A stretch of DNA of 64,000 bases, from the NCBI GenBank assembly GCA_002280565.1, contig NCEF01000007.1, forward strand, positions 16,138 through 80,137. Direction: 5' to 3'. The notes beneath the pieces are model-generated. The model ran no database searches. It saw only the letters and a program-made list of their open reading frames with translations, and was not told the DNA's origin. This document shows, in pieces, positions 10,052-19,736 of the stretch (position 1 is its first letter; the number at the start of each line of letters is the position of its first letter). Made by a program: the position numbers and the translations under genes. The stretch comes from Sphingomonas sp. 32-66-10 (GTDB lineage: Bacteria; Pseudomonadota; Alphaproteobacteria; Sphingomonadales; Sphingomonadaceae).

Positions 10052-11164
10052 ATGGCGTCCCCACCCCCGATCTGGATGGCCGAACCGACCCGGTTCGCAC
10101 GGCTGTCGCAGCGGTCGGCGCGGATCGTGGCGGCGGTGCTGGCGGTGCTGTTGCTCGGCGCGCTGGTCAGCCTGGCCGCTCCCGCGCCGCCGGCCGCCAG
10201 CGGCACCGGCAATAGCGCCGACGATCAGCGCGACGTGCTGCTCTATGAGGAAATCGTCGATGCGATGCGCCATGGCGGCAGCTATTATGAGGTCGCGGTG
10301 ACCGAGCTGCGCGCGGGCCATTATCCGCTGCGCCCGTTCTTCACTGTGCGCCTGCCCGGGCTGGCGCGCGTGCAGGCGGCACTGCCCCAGCCGCTGGTGA
10401 TCACCCTGCTCTATGCGCTGGTCGTCGCGGTGCTTGCCGCATGGGCAATGCGATTTCGCACTGACTTTGCCCGTTGGCCGGGGCGGGCGGTGGCGATGAC
10501 ATTGCTGGCCGGCGGGCTGATGGCGTTCGTGCAGGCGGATCTATGGGCATTTCATGAGATCTGGGCGGGGCTGCTGATCGCGCTGGCGTTGGCGATACGG
10601 CGGCCGGCCCGCTGGATCGAGGCGGTCGCGATTGCCCTGCTCGCCGCGCTGATCCGGGAGACCGCCGCACTGATGCTGGTGGTGATGGCGGCGATGGCCT
10701 GGATCGAGGGGGAGCGGCGCGAGGCCATGGGCTGGGCCGCCGCGCTCGGCATCCTGGCGCTGGCGCTGGCGGCCCATGCCTGGGGCGTGGCGCAGCTGGT
10801 CGGTCCGCTCGACCCGGCATCGCCCGGCTGGAGCGGGATGCTAGGACCGGGATTTGCGCTGCATTCGGTGCGCGCGGCGACCGCGCTGGTGCTCGCCCCG
10901 GGCTGGCTGGCGGCGCTGCTGGTGGTGATGGCGCTGTTCGGGTGGAGCGGGTGGCGCGATCCGCTGGCCCATCGCGTGCTGGCGGTGATGGCGGGCTATG
11001 GCGCGGTACTGGCGCTCTTTGCGCGGCCCGACACCTTTTACTGGGTGTTGCTGATCGCGCCGCTTTCGCTGGTGGGGCTGGCCTTTGCCCCCGACGCCCT
11101 GCGCGATCTGGCGCGGGTGGCGCGGGGAACACGGCGGGTGGTCGTGACGCGAATGGATCGCTAG
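10052..11164 (+). CDS. Polytopic membrane protein of unknown function
   Basis: 370 aa with many hydrophobic helices and an N-terminal loop; fills the ubiB-coaBC gap. Confidence 0.75.
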   Translation: MASPPPIWMAEPTRFARLSQRSARIVAAVLAVLLLGALVSLAAPAPPAASGTGNSADDQRDVLLYEEIVDAMRHGGSYYEVAVTELRAGHYPLRPFFTVRLPGLARVQAALPQPLVITLLYALVVAVLAAWAMRFRTDFARWPGRAVAMTLLAGGLMAFVQADLWAFHEIWAGLLIALALAIRRPARWIEAVAIALLAALIRETAALMLVVMAAMAWIEGERREAMGWAAALGILALALAAHAWGVAQLVGPLDPASPGWSGMLGPGFALHSVRAATALVLAPGWLAALLVVMALFGWSGWRDPLAHRVLAVMAGYGAVLALFARPDTFYWVLLIAPLSLVGLAFAPDALRDLARVARGTRRVVVTRMDR

Positions 11165-11173
11165 AGTCAGGGG

Positions 11174-12352
11174 ATGAAACGCATCCTGTTGATCGTTGGC
11201 GGCGGTATCGCCGCGTACAAGGCGTGCGAACTGATCCGCCTGCTGCGCAAGGCGGGGCATCACGTTACCTGTGTGCTGACGGCGGGTGGGCAGCATTTCG
11301 TGACGCCGATGACGCTGGCGGCACTGTCCGAGAACCAGGTCTATACGACCCTGTGGGACCTCAAGGACGAGGCCGAAATGGGGCATATCCAGCTCAGCCG
11401 CGCCGCCGATCTGGTCGTCGTCGCGCCGGCCACGGCGGACCTGATGGCGAAAATGGCCGCAGGGATTGCCGACGATCTCGCCACAACCCTGCTGCTCGCC
11501 ACCGACAAGCCGGTGCTCGCCGCGCCCGCGATGAATGTGCGGATGTGGCAGCATGCCGCGACCCGGCGCAATGTCGCCACGCTACGCAGCGATGGCGTGA
11601 CTGTGCTGGAGCCCGATGAAGGACCGATGGCGTGCGGCGAGTTCGGCCCCGGGCGCCTGCCCGAGCCAGAGGCCATCCTGCGCGCGATCGAGGCTGCGCT
11701 GGCGCCGTCTTCGGGTCGGCTCGCGGGCAGGCATATCCTTGTCACCGCCGGGCCGACGCATGAGCCGATCGATCCGGTGCGCTACATCGCCAACCGCTCT
11801 TCGGGGAAACAGGGCTTTGCGATTGCCGGCGCGCTCTCGGCGCTGGGTGCGCGGGTGACGCTGGTTGCCGGGCCGGTCGCGCTGCCGACGCCTGCCGGGG
11901 TCAAGCGGGTCGATGTCGAGACCGCGCGGGAGATGGCGGCGGCGGTCGATGCCGCCCTGCCCGCCGATGCCGCCGTGATGGTCGCGGCCGTCGCCGACTG
12001 GCGCACGGGCGATGCGGCGGGGCAGAAGATCAAGAAGGGCGACGCGGCAGCACCGGCGCTGACGCTGGTCGAGAACCCCGATATTCTGGCTGGTCTGGCC
12101 CACAGCGCGCAGCGTCCGCGCCTGCTGATCGGTTTCGCCGCCGAAACCGAACGGGTGATCGAACATGCGGTCGCTAAACGCGCACGCAAGGGTGCAGACT
12201 GGATTGTCGCCAATGATGTGTCGGGCGATGTGATGGGGGGCGAATCCAATCTTGTTCATCTGGTTACGGAATCGGGCGTTGAAAGCTGGGAGCGACTGGA
12301 CAAGGCCGATGTCGCGCGCCGCCTGGCCGAACGGATTGCCGATGCGCTTTAA
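11174..12352 (+). CDS. coaBC: Phosphopantothenoylcysteine decarboxylase/ligase
   Basis: GGGIAAYKA, APAMN, ACGEFGPGRL, TAGPTHEPIDPVRYIANRSSGKQG. Confidence 0.96.
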   Translation: MKRILLIVGGGIAAYKACELIRLLRKAGHHVTCVLTAGGQHFVTPMTLAALSENQVYTTLWDLKDEAEMGHIQLSRAADLVVVAPATADLMAKMAAGIADDLATTLLLATDKPVLAAPAMNVRMWQHAATRRNVATLRSDGVTVLEPDEGPMACGEFGPGRLPEPEAILRAIEAALAPSSGRLAGRHILVTAGPTHEPIDPVRYIANRSSGKQGFAIAGALSALGARVTLVAGPVALPTPAGVKRVDVETAREMAAAVDAALPADAAVMVAAVADWRTGDAAGQKIKKGDAAAPALTLVENPDILAGLAHSAQRPRLLIGFAAETERVIEHAVAKRARKGADWIVANDVSGDVMGGESNLVHLVTESGVESWERLDKADVARRLAERIADAL

Positions 12353-13142
12353 GCTTTCGCTGTTCCTGCTCCCGCTGCTGATCGCCGGTTGCGCGGCCGG
12401 GGAGCGCCCCGCCGCGCCGACAGCGCCGAAGCTGTTTACGCAAGGCTATGGCGCCCCGCCGCGCACGGCGCCGACGCTGTATGTCGTCCTTCACGGCAAT
12501 GGCCGTCGCGCCAAGATCGACACGAGCGCCTTTGCAAAGGCGCTGGCGGCAGTCGAGCCGGATAGCGGCGTCGTGCGGCTGTTGCGCCCCGGCTATGCCG
12601 ATGGGGTCGGTGGCCAGTCGCCGGGCGCGCGCGGGGCAAGTCCGACCGATGATTTCAGCGCGGAGCGGATCACTGCGGTCGGCGACGCGATCGCGGCGCT
12701 GCGTCAGCGCTATCGCCGCGCCCGTGTGGTCGTGATCGGCGAAGCCGGTGGTGCGGTGGTCGCCGCCAACCTGGCCGGGCTGCGTCCCGACCTGATCGAC
12801 GGCGTGGTGCTGGTATCCTGTCCCTGCGCTCTGCCCGAATGGCGCGCCTATCGTGCCAAGCGCGAGCCGAATATCCCGCACTGGCGCGAGAAGCTGGTCA
12901 GCCTCGATCCGTTACAGACTGCTGGCGGCATCCAGCCGGGGTTGCGCGCGGCAGTTCTGGTGGGCGGCACGGACGCCGATATCCCGGCGCGCTTTTCGCG
13001 CAGCTATGCCGAGGCGCTGAGCCTGCGCGGCATTGCCACCGACTTCCGCATCATTCCCGGGCGCAGCGACCCGGTGCTGGACGATCCACAGGTGATCGAG
13101 GCGGCCCGTCGCCTCGCCGCCGCATTGCCGAGGCGCAAATAA
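12342..13142 (+). CDS. Lipoprotein with alpha/beta-hydrolase fold, elbow GEAGG
   Basis: Lipobox LIAGC; [36 protein letters not shown]. Confidence 0.7.
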   Translation: MRFKLSLFLLPLLIAGCAAGERPAAPTAPKLFTQGYGAPPRTAPTLYVVLHGNGRRAKIDTSAFAKALAAVEPDSGVVRLLRPGYADGVGGQSPGARGASPTDDFSAERITAVGDAIAALRQRYRRARVVVIGEAGGAVVAANLAGLRPDLIDGVVLVSCPCALPEWRAYRAKREPNIPHWREKLVSLDPLQTAGGIQPGLRAAVLVGGTDADIPARFSRSYAEALSLRGIATDFRIIPGRSDPVLDDPQVIEAARRLAAALPRRK

Positions 13143-13588
13143 TGGCCGCGCCGATCACCATCCGCCTCATGCGCCTGCCGCATGGCGAGGGGCTGCCACT
13201 GCCCGCTTATGCCACGGCCGGGGCGGCGGGCATGGATGTCGTCGCGGCGGAGGATCTGGTGCTTGCCCCGGGCGCGCGCCATGCGGTCGCAACCGGCTTC
13301 GCCATTGCGATCCCGCCGGGATACGAGGTGCAGGTGCGCCCGCGCTCCGGCCTTGCGCTCAAACATGGCATTACCTGTCTCAACACCCCCGGGACGATCG
13401 ACGAGGATTATCGCGGCGAGGTTAAGGTGATCCTTGCCAATCTTGGCGACCAGCCCTTCACCATCGTGCGCGGAGAACGGATCGCGCAGCTTGTGCCCGC
13501 ACCGGTGCAGCGCGCGCTGTTCGAGGAGGTCACGGTGCTGGATGATACCGACCGTGGCAGCGGCGGCTTTGGGTCGACCGGGCGGTGA
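13142..13588 (+). CDS. dut: dUTPase
   Basis: [37 protein letters not shown]. Confidence 0.96.
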   Translation: MAAPITIRLMRLPHGEGLPLPAYATAGAAGMDVVAAEDLVLAPGARHAVATGFAIAIPPGYEVQVRPRSGLALKHGITCLNTPGTIDEDYRGEVKVILANLGDQPFTIVRGERIAQLVPAPVQRALFEEVTVLDDTDRGSGGFGSTGR

Positions 13589-13998
13589 TGATCGCTGCGC
13601 TCCTCGCGTTTGCCAGCGTTCAGGGCGATCCTGCGCAGGTGCAGGAGACGCCCGAGCCGGCGGCGATCCACTGGGAGAGCCTGCCGACTTTGCCCTATCG
13701 CCAGGCGCCGAGCATGACCCCGGCAATGCACGAATGGGCCCGTCGGCAGGTGAGCGCGCGCAAATGCCGCGCGCGGCGGCTGGTCGACGGACGCCCGGCG
13801 GTGCGGGTGGAAGTCGCGGTGCTGGTCGATGAATTTGGCGTCCGCACCACGATCCCGCGCGCGATCGGCTGTCCGACGATCGAGCAATATGCGGCGGGGC
13901 TGGTCGCGGGGTTTTCGCGCAATAACCTGACCCAGCGCACCGGTGCGGCCGGCAATGTCTGGTACCGCGCCACGGTCACCTTTGCCTGGCGGCCATGA
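13585..13998 (+). CDS. Exported hypothetical protein
   Basis: Hydrophobic N-terminus, two Cys; 4-nt overlaps with both neighbours. Confidence 0.7.
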   Translation: MMIAALLAFASVQGDPAQVQETPEPAAIHWESLPTLPYRQAPSMTPAMHEWARRQVSARKCRARRLVDGRPAVRVEVAVLVDEFGVRTTIPRAIGCPTIEQYAAGLVAGFSRNNLTQRTGAAGNVWYRATVTFAWRP

Positions 13999-14747
13999 GC
14001 TTTTCCGACGCCGAACTCGAACGCTATGCCCGCCACATCATACTGCCCGAGATTGGCGGCGCGGGTCAGGCGGCGCTGAAGGCGGCACGGGTGCTGGTGG
14101 TCGGGGCTGGCGGGATCGGGTCGCCGGCGATCCAGTATCTGGCGGCGGCGGGGGTTGGGCAGATCACGATCGTGGATGACGATCGGGTCGATCTGTCGAA
14201 CCTTCAGCGGCAGACGATTTTCGCCACGCAGGATGCCGGGAAGTCGAAGGCATTCGCAGCCCTGGCGAGAGCCGAAGCGATCAACCCCCATATCGAAGTT
14301 CGGGCGTGGCAGGTGCGCCTCGATGGCAGCAGCGTGGATGACTATGTGCGTGGCAACGACGTCATCCTCGACGGCACCGACAATTTCGAAACCCGCCTGC
14401 AGGTGGCCGATGCGGCCCTTCGCAATCGCGTCCCGCTGGTTAGTGCGGCGGTCGGGCGGTTCGAGGGGCAACTCGGCGTGTTCCGCGGGTGGGAGGCGGA
14501 CAAGCCCTGTTATCGCTGCTTCGTCGGCAATGACCCGGAAACGGCGGGAATCAACTGTTCCGAACAGGGCGTGCTCGGCGCGCTGACCGGGATCATGGGC
14601 AGCCTCGCCGCGCTGGAGGTCGTCCGCGCGATCCATCCGTTCGGGGAGGACAGCGCGGGCAAGCTGCTGCTTGCCGACACGCTGGCGCTGCGCTTCCGCA
14701 CGCTGACTTTGCCCAAGGACCCCGGCTGCCCGGCCTGCGGGGGGTGA
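13995..14747 (+). CDS. moeB: MoeB/ThiF adenylyltransferase
   Basis: RYARHI, VVGAGGIG, SNLQRQ, CYRC and CPAC zinc motifs. Confidence 0.9.
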   Translation: MSFSDAELERYARHIILPEIGGAGQAALKAARVLVVGAGGIGSPAIQYLAAAGVGQITIVDDDRVDLSNLQRQTIFATQDAGKSKAFAALARAEAINPHIEVRAWQVRLDGSSVDDYVRGNDVILDGTDNFETRLQVADAALRNRVPLVSAAVGRFEGQLGVFRGWEADKPCYRCFVGNDPETAGINCSEQGVLGALTGIMGSLAALEVVRAIHPFGEDSAGKLLLADTLALRFRTLTLPKDPGCPACGG

Positions 14748-14750
14748 TGA

Positions 14751-14772
14751 TCCTCCCCCGCCAGGGGGAGGA
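14751..14772. terminator. Hairpin between convergent genes
   Basis: TCCTCCCCC-GCCA-GGGGGAGGA. Confidence 0.6.
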
Positions 14773-14784
14773 CCATAATGGCTG

Positions 14785-16119
14785 CTAATCTGCCGGAAAC
14801 GCCTGGCGCTTGCCGCCAGCCTTATGGACGACGCCGTGGCGCATCACGAACTCGACCTGCTCCATCCGCTTGATGTCGTCGAGCGGGTTGCCAGCGACCG
14901 CGATGATGTCGGCCTGCTTGCCCGGCGCAATCGATCCGATGCTGTTCGCGCGACCCAGCGCCTCGGCGGCGTTGAGCGTCGCGGTCTTGAGCGCCATCGC
15001 CGGGCTCATCCCCGCCCGCACCATCATCGAAAATTCCTGCGCATTGTCACCGTGGCGCGAGACGCCGCTGTCGGTGCCGAACGCGACCTTCACCCCCGCC
15101 GCATAGGCCTTGCTGTGGCTGGCAAAGGCAGCGGCAGCCGCTTCCTCGGCCTTGGGGATCACTGCGGGCGGGAGCAGGCCCTTGCGCGCCTGCTCCAGCG
15201 CGGCGGCGGGGGCCATCATCGTCGGGACCAGCCAGGTGCCGTTCTTCTTCATCAGCGCGATCGCCTCGTCATCGAGGAACGACCCGTGATCGACCGTGTC
15301 CACGCCGGCCGCGACCGCCGCCTTGGTCCCCGCCGCAGCGTGGCTGTGCGTCGCGACCTTGCGGCCCAGGCCGTGCGCGGTGTCGATGATCGCCTTCATC
15401 TCCGCATCGGTCATCGCGCGGCCGAGACCGCCCGACACGTTGGAGAGCACGCCGCCGGTCGACATATATTTGATCACCTGTGCCCCCAAGGCGATCTGCT
15501 GGCGCACCGCGCGGGTGCAATCCTCGGGGCCGTCACAGGTGTTGATCTGGTGCTTGTGGATGGCGTCGGCGAAGACCTCGGCCACGCCATTGGTGCCGTC
15601 GGCATGCCCGCCCGAGACCGAGATTGAATTGCCCGCATTGACGATGGTCGGCCCGGCGATGTCGCCGCGCTCGACGCCCTCACGCAGCGCACGCATCCCC
15701 CGCGCGCTCCCGCCCAGATCGCGTACGGTTGTGAAGCCTGCCTCGAGCGTGACCCGGGCATTGGCAACCGCGTGCATCATGTCATCGGCATCGTCGCGAT
15801 TGAGCGCGGTCAGCCGGTCGCGCAGCGGATCGCCGCCAATCCCCCACAAATGGACATGCATGTCGACCAGCCCCGGCATCACGAACCGGTCCTTGAGATC
15901 GATCAGATCGGCCCCGCCATCCGGTGCGACGAAGCCGTCGCGGATTTCCGCGACCTTGCCATCGCGCACGATGATCGTGCTCGCCCCGCGCGGTGCTTCG
16001 CCCGGATTGGCGAGCAGCGTGCCGGCATGGATGAACTGGACCCTCGCCGGAGCCGAAGTCTGCGCGGCAAGCGGCGTCGCGGCGAGCAACGCGATGGTGA
16101 CGGCGGCGATTCGGCGCAT
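14785..16119 (-). CDS. Secreted amidohydrolase (prolidase-like)
   Basis: Signal peptide; PGLVDMHVH, GFTTVRD, KVATHSH, DHG, FGTDSG. Confidence 0.9.
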   Translation of the reverse strand: MRRIAAVTIALLAATPLAAQTSAPARVQFIHAGTLLANPGEAPRGASTIIVRDGKVAEIRDGFVAPDGGADLIDLKDRFVMPGLVDMHVHLWGIGGDPLRDRLTALNRDDADDMMHAVANARVTLEAGFTTVRDLGGSARGMRALREGVERGDIAGPTIVNAGNSISVSGGHADGTNGVAEVFADAIHKHQINTCDGPEDCTRAVRQQIALGAQVIKYMSTGGVLSNVSGGLGRAMTDAEMKAIIDTAHGLGRKVATHSHAAAGTKAAVAAGVDTVDHGSFLDDEAIALMKKNGTWLVPTMMAPAAALEQARKGLLPPAVIPKAEEAAAAAFASHSKAYAAGVKVAFGTDSGVSRHGDNAQEFSMMVRAGMSPAMALKTATLNAAEALGRANSIGSIAPGKQADIIAVAGNPLDDIKRMEQVEFVMRHGVVHKAGGKRQAFPAD

Positions 16120-16167
16120 GAAACTCTCCCTGTTTTCCGCAGCCTAGGCGGCAACAGGGGAGACTGG

Positions 16168-16542
16168 CTAGCCCCCGCGCTGGGTGATCGTCGGCGGGTC
16201 GCTGGCGGGGAAGCTGTCGTCGAGTTCGGCGTCGAGCTCGGCATCCTGCTTGTTGCGCGCGATGCTCGCCTCCATCCGGGCGATCTGCTCGGGCGTCGCC
16301 TCGCTGTGGTGCTGCGTCTTCCACGTCGCATAGGGCATGCCATAGACCGCCTCACGCGCGGCATCGCGGTCGAGTTCACCGCCGCTCGCTTCGCTCACCC
16401 AGTCGGCCAGGCAGTTGCGACAAAAGCCGGCGAGCCCCATCAGCTCGATGTTTTCAGCATCGGTGCGGTGGCGTAGATGGCGGACGAGGCGGCGAAATGC
16501 CTGCGCGGCAGTCCGGTCGTCGATGCTGTCCAACGTTGTCAT
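16168..16542 (-). CDS. DUF1244-type protein with a C-terminal DSFPASDPP tail
   Basis: AFRRLVRHLRHRTDAENIELMGLAGFCRNCLADW...VYGMPYATWK. Confidence 0.85.
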   Translation of the reverse strand: MTTLDSIDDRTAAQAFRRLVRHLRHRTDAENIELMGLAGFCRNCLADWVSEASGGELDRDAAREAVYGMPYATWKTQHHSEATPEQIARMEASIARNKQDAELDAELDDSFPASDPPTITQRGG

Positions 16543-16617
16543 ATTCGCGCCTCCACGGTTGAATAGTGTGCATTTGGCGTTAGGGACCGGCACGGGCAAG
16601 AGATGGAGAGTTCGGCG

Positions 16618-18075
16618 ATGACGAAGGCAATGGCACCGCGGTCGCGCAAGGTGCGCGTTCTGGCGACGCTCGGCCCCGCCAGCAACACGCCGGAGATGAT
16701 TGCGGCACTCCACGCCGCCGGTGCCGATGCCTTTCGCATCAATATGAGCCATGGCGACCAGGAGTCGAAAGTTCCCGTGATCGCGGCGATCCGCGCGCTG
16801 GAGAAATCGACTGGCCGCCCGACCACGATCCTTGCCGACCTGCAGGGGCCGAAGCTGCGCGTGGGCAAATTTGCCGAGGGCAAGGTGACGCTGGCGACCG
16901 GCGCGACCTTCCGCCTCGACCGCGACACGACGCCGGGCGACGCGACCCGCGTCGAACTGCCCCACCGCGAGATTTTCGAGGCCGTGACCGAGGGCGCGCG
17001 TCTGCTGCTCGACGATGGCAAGATGGTGCTGCGCGTGATCGGCTATTGCGATGGCTGGATCGACACGCGGGTCGAGGTCGGCGGGGTGCTGTCGAACTCC
17101 AAGGGGCTGAACGTCCCCGACATGGTGCTCCCGCTCGCCGCTCTGACCGAAAAGGATCGCAGCGACCTCGCCTTTGCCGTCGCGCAGCAGGTCGACTGGA
17201 TCGCGCTGTCGTTCGTGCAGCGGCCCGAGGATCTGGCCGAGGCGCGCCGCCTGATCGGCCCTGGCGGCCCGGCGCTGCTCGCCAAGATCGAAAAGCCGAG
17301 CGCGGTGGCGCGGCTCGACGAGATTGTCGAGGCGTGCGACGGCGTGATGGTCGCGCGCGGCGATCTGGGTGTCGAACTGCCGCCGCAGAACCTGCCCCCG
17401 ATGCAGAAGCGCATCGTCGAAACCTCGCGCCGCATGGGCCGCCCGGTGATCGTCGCGACGCAGATGCTCGAATCGATGATCACCTCGCCCTCCCCCACGC
17501 GCGCCGAAGTGTCGGACGTGGCGACGGCAGTCTATGACGGTGCCGACGCGATCATGCTGTCGGCGGAAAGCGCGGCAGGCCAGTGGCCGATCGAATCGGT
17601 GACGATGATGGACGCCATCGCCGACTCCGTGGAGCGCGACCCGGCGCATGGCGACCGCGTGCATTTCACCGTGATGCGGCCCGACCCCACCACCGCCGAC
17701 GCGCTGGCCGAGGCGGCGAAGACGATTGCGGCGAATGTGTCGGCCAGCGCGATCATCTGTTTCACCATGTCGGGCTCGACCGCCCGCCGCATCGCGCGCG
17801 AGCGCCCGTCGGTGCCGATCCTGGTACTGACCCCCAAGGCGGAGACGGCGCGGCGCATGGGCCTGCTCTGGGGCACGCATGCGGTTCACACCAAGGACGT
17901 TGATTCGTTCGAGGAAATGGTCGCCAAGGCCAAGCGCATGGCGCTGCGCCAGGGGATCGCCAAGGGCGGCGACCGCGTGGTCGTGTGCGCCGGCGTCCCG
18001 TTCGGCACGCCGGGATCGACCAATGTGCTGCACGTGGTGACGCTGGTCGGGGATGAGCTGAAGGGGCGGAGCTGA
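16618..18075 (+). CDS. pyk: Pyruvate kinase
   Basis: ATLGPAS, RINMSHG, DLQGPKLR, AKIEK, MVARGDLGVE, ATQMLESM. Confidence 0.97.
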   Translation: MTKAMAPRSRKVRVLATLGPASNTPEMIAALHAAGADAFRINMSHGDQESKVPVIAAIRALEKSTGRPTTILADLQGPKLRVGKFAEGKVTLATGATFRLDRDTTPGDATRVELPHREIFEAVTEGARLLLDDGKMVLRVIGYCDGWIDTRVEVGGVLSNSKGLNVPDMVLPLAALTEKDRSDLAFAVAQQVDWIALSFVQRPEDLAEARRLIGPGGPALLAKIEKPSAVARLDEIVEACDGVMVARGDLGVELPPQNLPPMQKRIVETSRRMGRPVIVATQMLESMITSPSPTRAEVSDVATAVYDGADAIMLSAESAAGQWPIESVTMMDAIADSVERDPAHGDRVHFTVMRPDPTTADALAEAAKTIAANVSASAIICFTMSGSTARRIARERPSVPILVLTPKAETARRMGLLWGTHAVHTKDVDSFEEMVAKAKRMALRQGIAKGGDRVVVCAGVPFGTPGSTNVLHVVTLVGDELKGRS

Positions 18076-18077
18076 AA

Positions 18078-18473
18078 TCAGCGGATCGTGGCGGCGAGTG
18101 GGTGACCGGTCAGCAACCGGTCGCGCGTGAGGAAGTGCGCCCCCAGTAATTGTGCATGGATCAGCAATTGTTCGTCGAACGGATCGCGATGACCGATGGG
18201 GACATTGAGCCGTATCGCGCAGTCGGCGGGCGTCAGCACCTTTAGCTCGAATCCGCCCCGCTCGGCGAACTCAAGCGCAGCCTGGGGGTCGAGCAACTCG
18301 CTACGCCGTGCGTCGCCGCTGCGATCCCATTTCAGCCGCAGTTCCCAGATCGACACTGCAGAAATCAACACGCGCGCGCTGCGCGCGGCAAGCAGGGCGG
18401 ACTCTGCAGCGTTCAGTCGGTCAGGCGTGCGCGCGAGCCAGATCAGAATATGCGTATCGATCAGCAGCTTCAC
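18078..18473 (-). CDS. PIN-domain (VapC-like) toxin
   Basis: LLIDTHILIW, SAVSIWE, HRDPFD, LTRD. Confidence 0.9.
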   Translation of the reverse strand: MKLLIDTHILIWLARTPDRLNAAESALLAARSARVLISAVSIWELRLKWDRSGDARRSELLDPQAALEFAERGGFELKVLTPADCAIRLNVPIGHRDPFDEQLLIHAQLLGAHFLTRDRLLTGHPLAATIR

Positions 18474-18772
18474 GTGCGTTCGGGCTCATCATCATCATAG
18501 TCAGGTCCGAACAATTCGCGAGTCCAGGCCGGGTCATTGAACTCCTCCAGCCACCTGTCGTCGAGCGGACGGTCGGGCTCCAGCTTGTCGAGTCCCATTT
18601 CCTTGCGCACGCGGGCGTTGCGTTCCCAGAACCCCTCTGTCGAAGGCTTCTGAACCGGGCCCAGTTCCGCAACCGCCTCACCATTTCGGGTAATTATCAC
18701 GCGCTCGCCGCGCTCAGCGGCCTCGATCGCTGCGGCGAAATGTGCGCGGGCTTCGCGGACGGACATCTTCAT
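18470..18772 (-). CDS. Phd/YefM-family antitoxin
   Basis: MSVREARAHF...GERVIITRNGEAVAEL; acidic tail; 4-nt overlap with the toxin. Confidence 0.9.
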   Translation of the reverse strand: MKMSVREARAHFAAAIEAAERGERVIITRNGEAVAELGPVQKPSTEGFWERNARVRKEMGLDKLEPDRPLDDRWLEEFNDPAWTRELFGPDYDDDEPERT

Positions 18773-18787
18773 CGCGACTCTCCAAAT

Positions 18788-18804
18788 GTGTACGCAGTGT
18801 ACAC
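18788..18804. promoter_or_regulatory. Putative TA autoregulatory operator
   Basis: GTGTACGC-A-GTGTACAC: one imperfect and one perfect palindrome just upstream of the antitoxin RBS; a TGTACA core is typical of Phd/YefM operators. Confidence 0.65.
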
Positions 18805-18816
18805 GTGCAGAGCTAG

Positions 18817-19422
18817 TCAGTCCAGCAGGCCCGCCGCGACCAGTTCGCGCCGGGCGTCCGCTTCCTGCGTGAACAGCACGGAGCGGATTCCCAGCGCCCG
18901 CGCACCCGCCACATTTGCGGCATTGTCGTCGATGAACACCGCCTCGTGCGGCTCCAGTCCGAAGCGGGCGAGTGCGAGCTGGTAGATGGCGGGGTCAGGC
19001 TTCACCAACTTCTCGTCGCCCGACACGACGACATCGCGGAAGCGGTCGAACAGGTCGCTCCATTCGGCGCGGAAGGGCGGCCAGAATTCGTGGCTGAAAT
19101 TGGTGATCGCGAACAGCGGCACGCCCGCCGCATCGAGCTGCGCGACCAGTTCGTGCATGCCCGGCACCGGCCCGCCGACGCTTTCGTTGAAGCGCGGGCC
19201 CCAGGCGGCGATCAGCTCTGCATGTTCGGGGAAGCGCGCGATCAGTTCGGCCGAGGTATCGGCGAAATCGCGCCCGGCATCATGCTGAAAATGCCATTCC
19301 AGCGTGACGACATCGCGCACAAACGCGTCGAGCGCCCGATCGTCACCGATCAGGCGCTCGTACAAGAACCGCGGATGCCAGGTGAAGAGGACGTTGCCGA
19401 TATCGAAGATAACGGCGCGCAC
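18817..19422 (-). CDS. HAD-family phosphatase
   Basis: IFDIGNV, ITN, KPDPAIY, FIDD. Confidence 0.92.
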   Translation of the reverse strand: MRAVIFDIGNVLFTWHPRFLYERLIGDDRALDAFVRDVVTLEWHFQHDAGRDFADTSAELIARFPEHAELIAAWGPRFNESVGGPVPGMHELVAQLDAAGVPLFAITNFSHEFWPPFRAEWSDLFDRFRDVVVSGDEKLVKPDPAIYQLALARFGLEPHEAVFIDDNAANVAGARALGIRSVLFTQEADARRELVAAGLLD

Positions 19423-19445
19423 GGCCCTCTCGCCCTGCGCCGGGA

Positions 19446-19571
19446 TCAGCCCTGGCGGGCCTTGAAGCGACGCTGGGTCTTGTTGATGACATACACGCGG
19501 CCGCGACGGCGGATCACGCGGTTGTCGCGGTGACGCCCCTTGAGCGACTTCAGGCTGTTCACGATCTTCAT
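19446..19571 (-). CDS. ykgO: 50S ribosomal protein L36 type B (Cys-free)
   Basis: Manual translation [41 protein letters not shown]; below the ORF-track cutoff. Confidence 0.95.
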   Translation of the reverse strand: MKIVNSLKSLKGRHRDNRVIRRRGRVYVINKTQRRFKARQG

Positions 19572-19736
19572 GACCGATTCTCTACTATCTTGAATTATGG
19601 CGGGTGCCGGAAAAGAGGCGCTCGCCTAGTCGGGACAGGCCGACAAGTCAAGGAAAGCTTGGCAACGGAACCACCATCCCCGTAACGATGTTGAACCGTT
19701 GAGCCGTGGCGTGTGCACGGCAGGAGGATGTGTCCG

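Noticed and set aside
19446-19571. Cys-free L36 as a sign of a zinc-starvation module
   Set aside because: The Cys-free form is the usual L36 in Alphaproteobacteria and no Zur-type context is visible.
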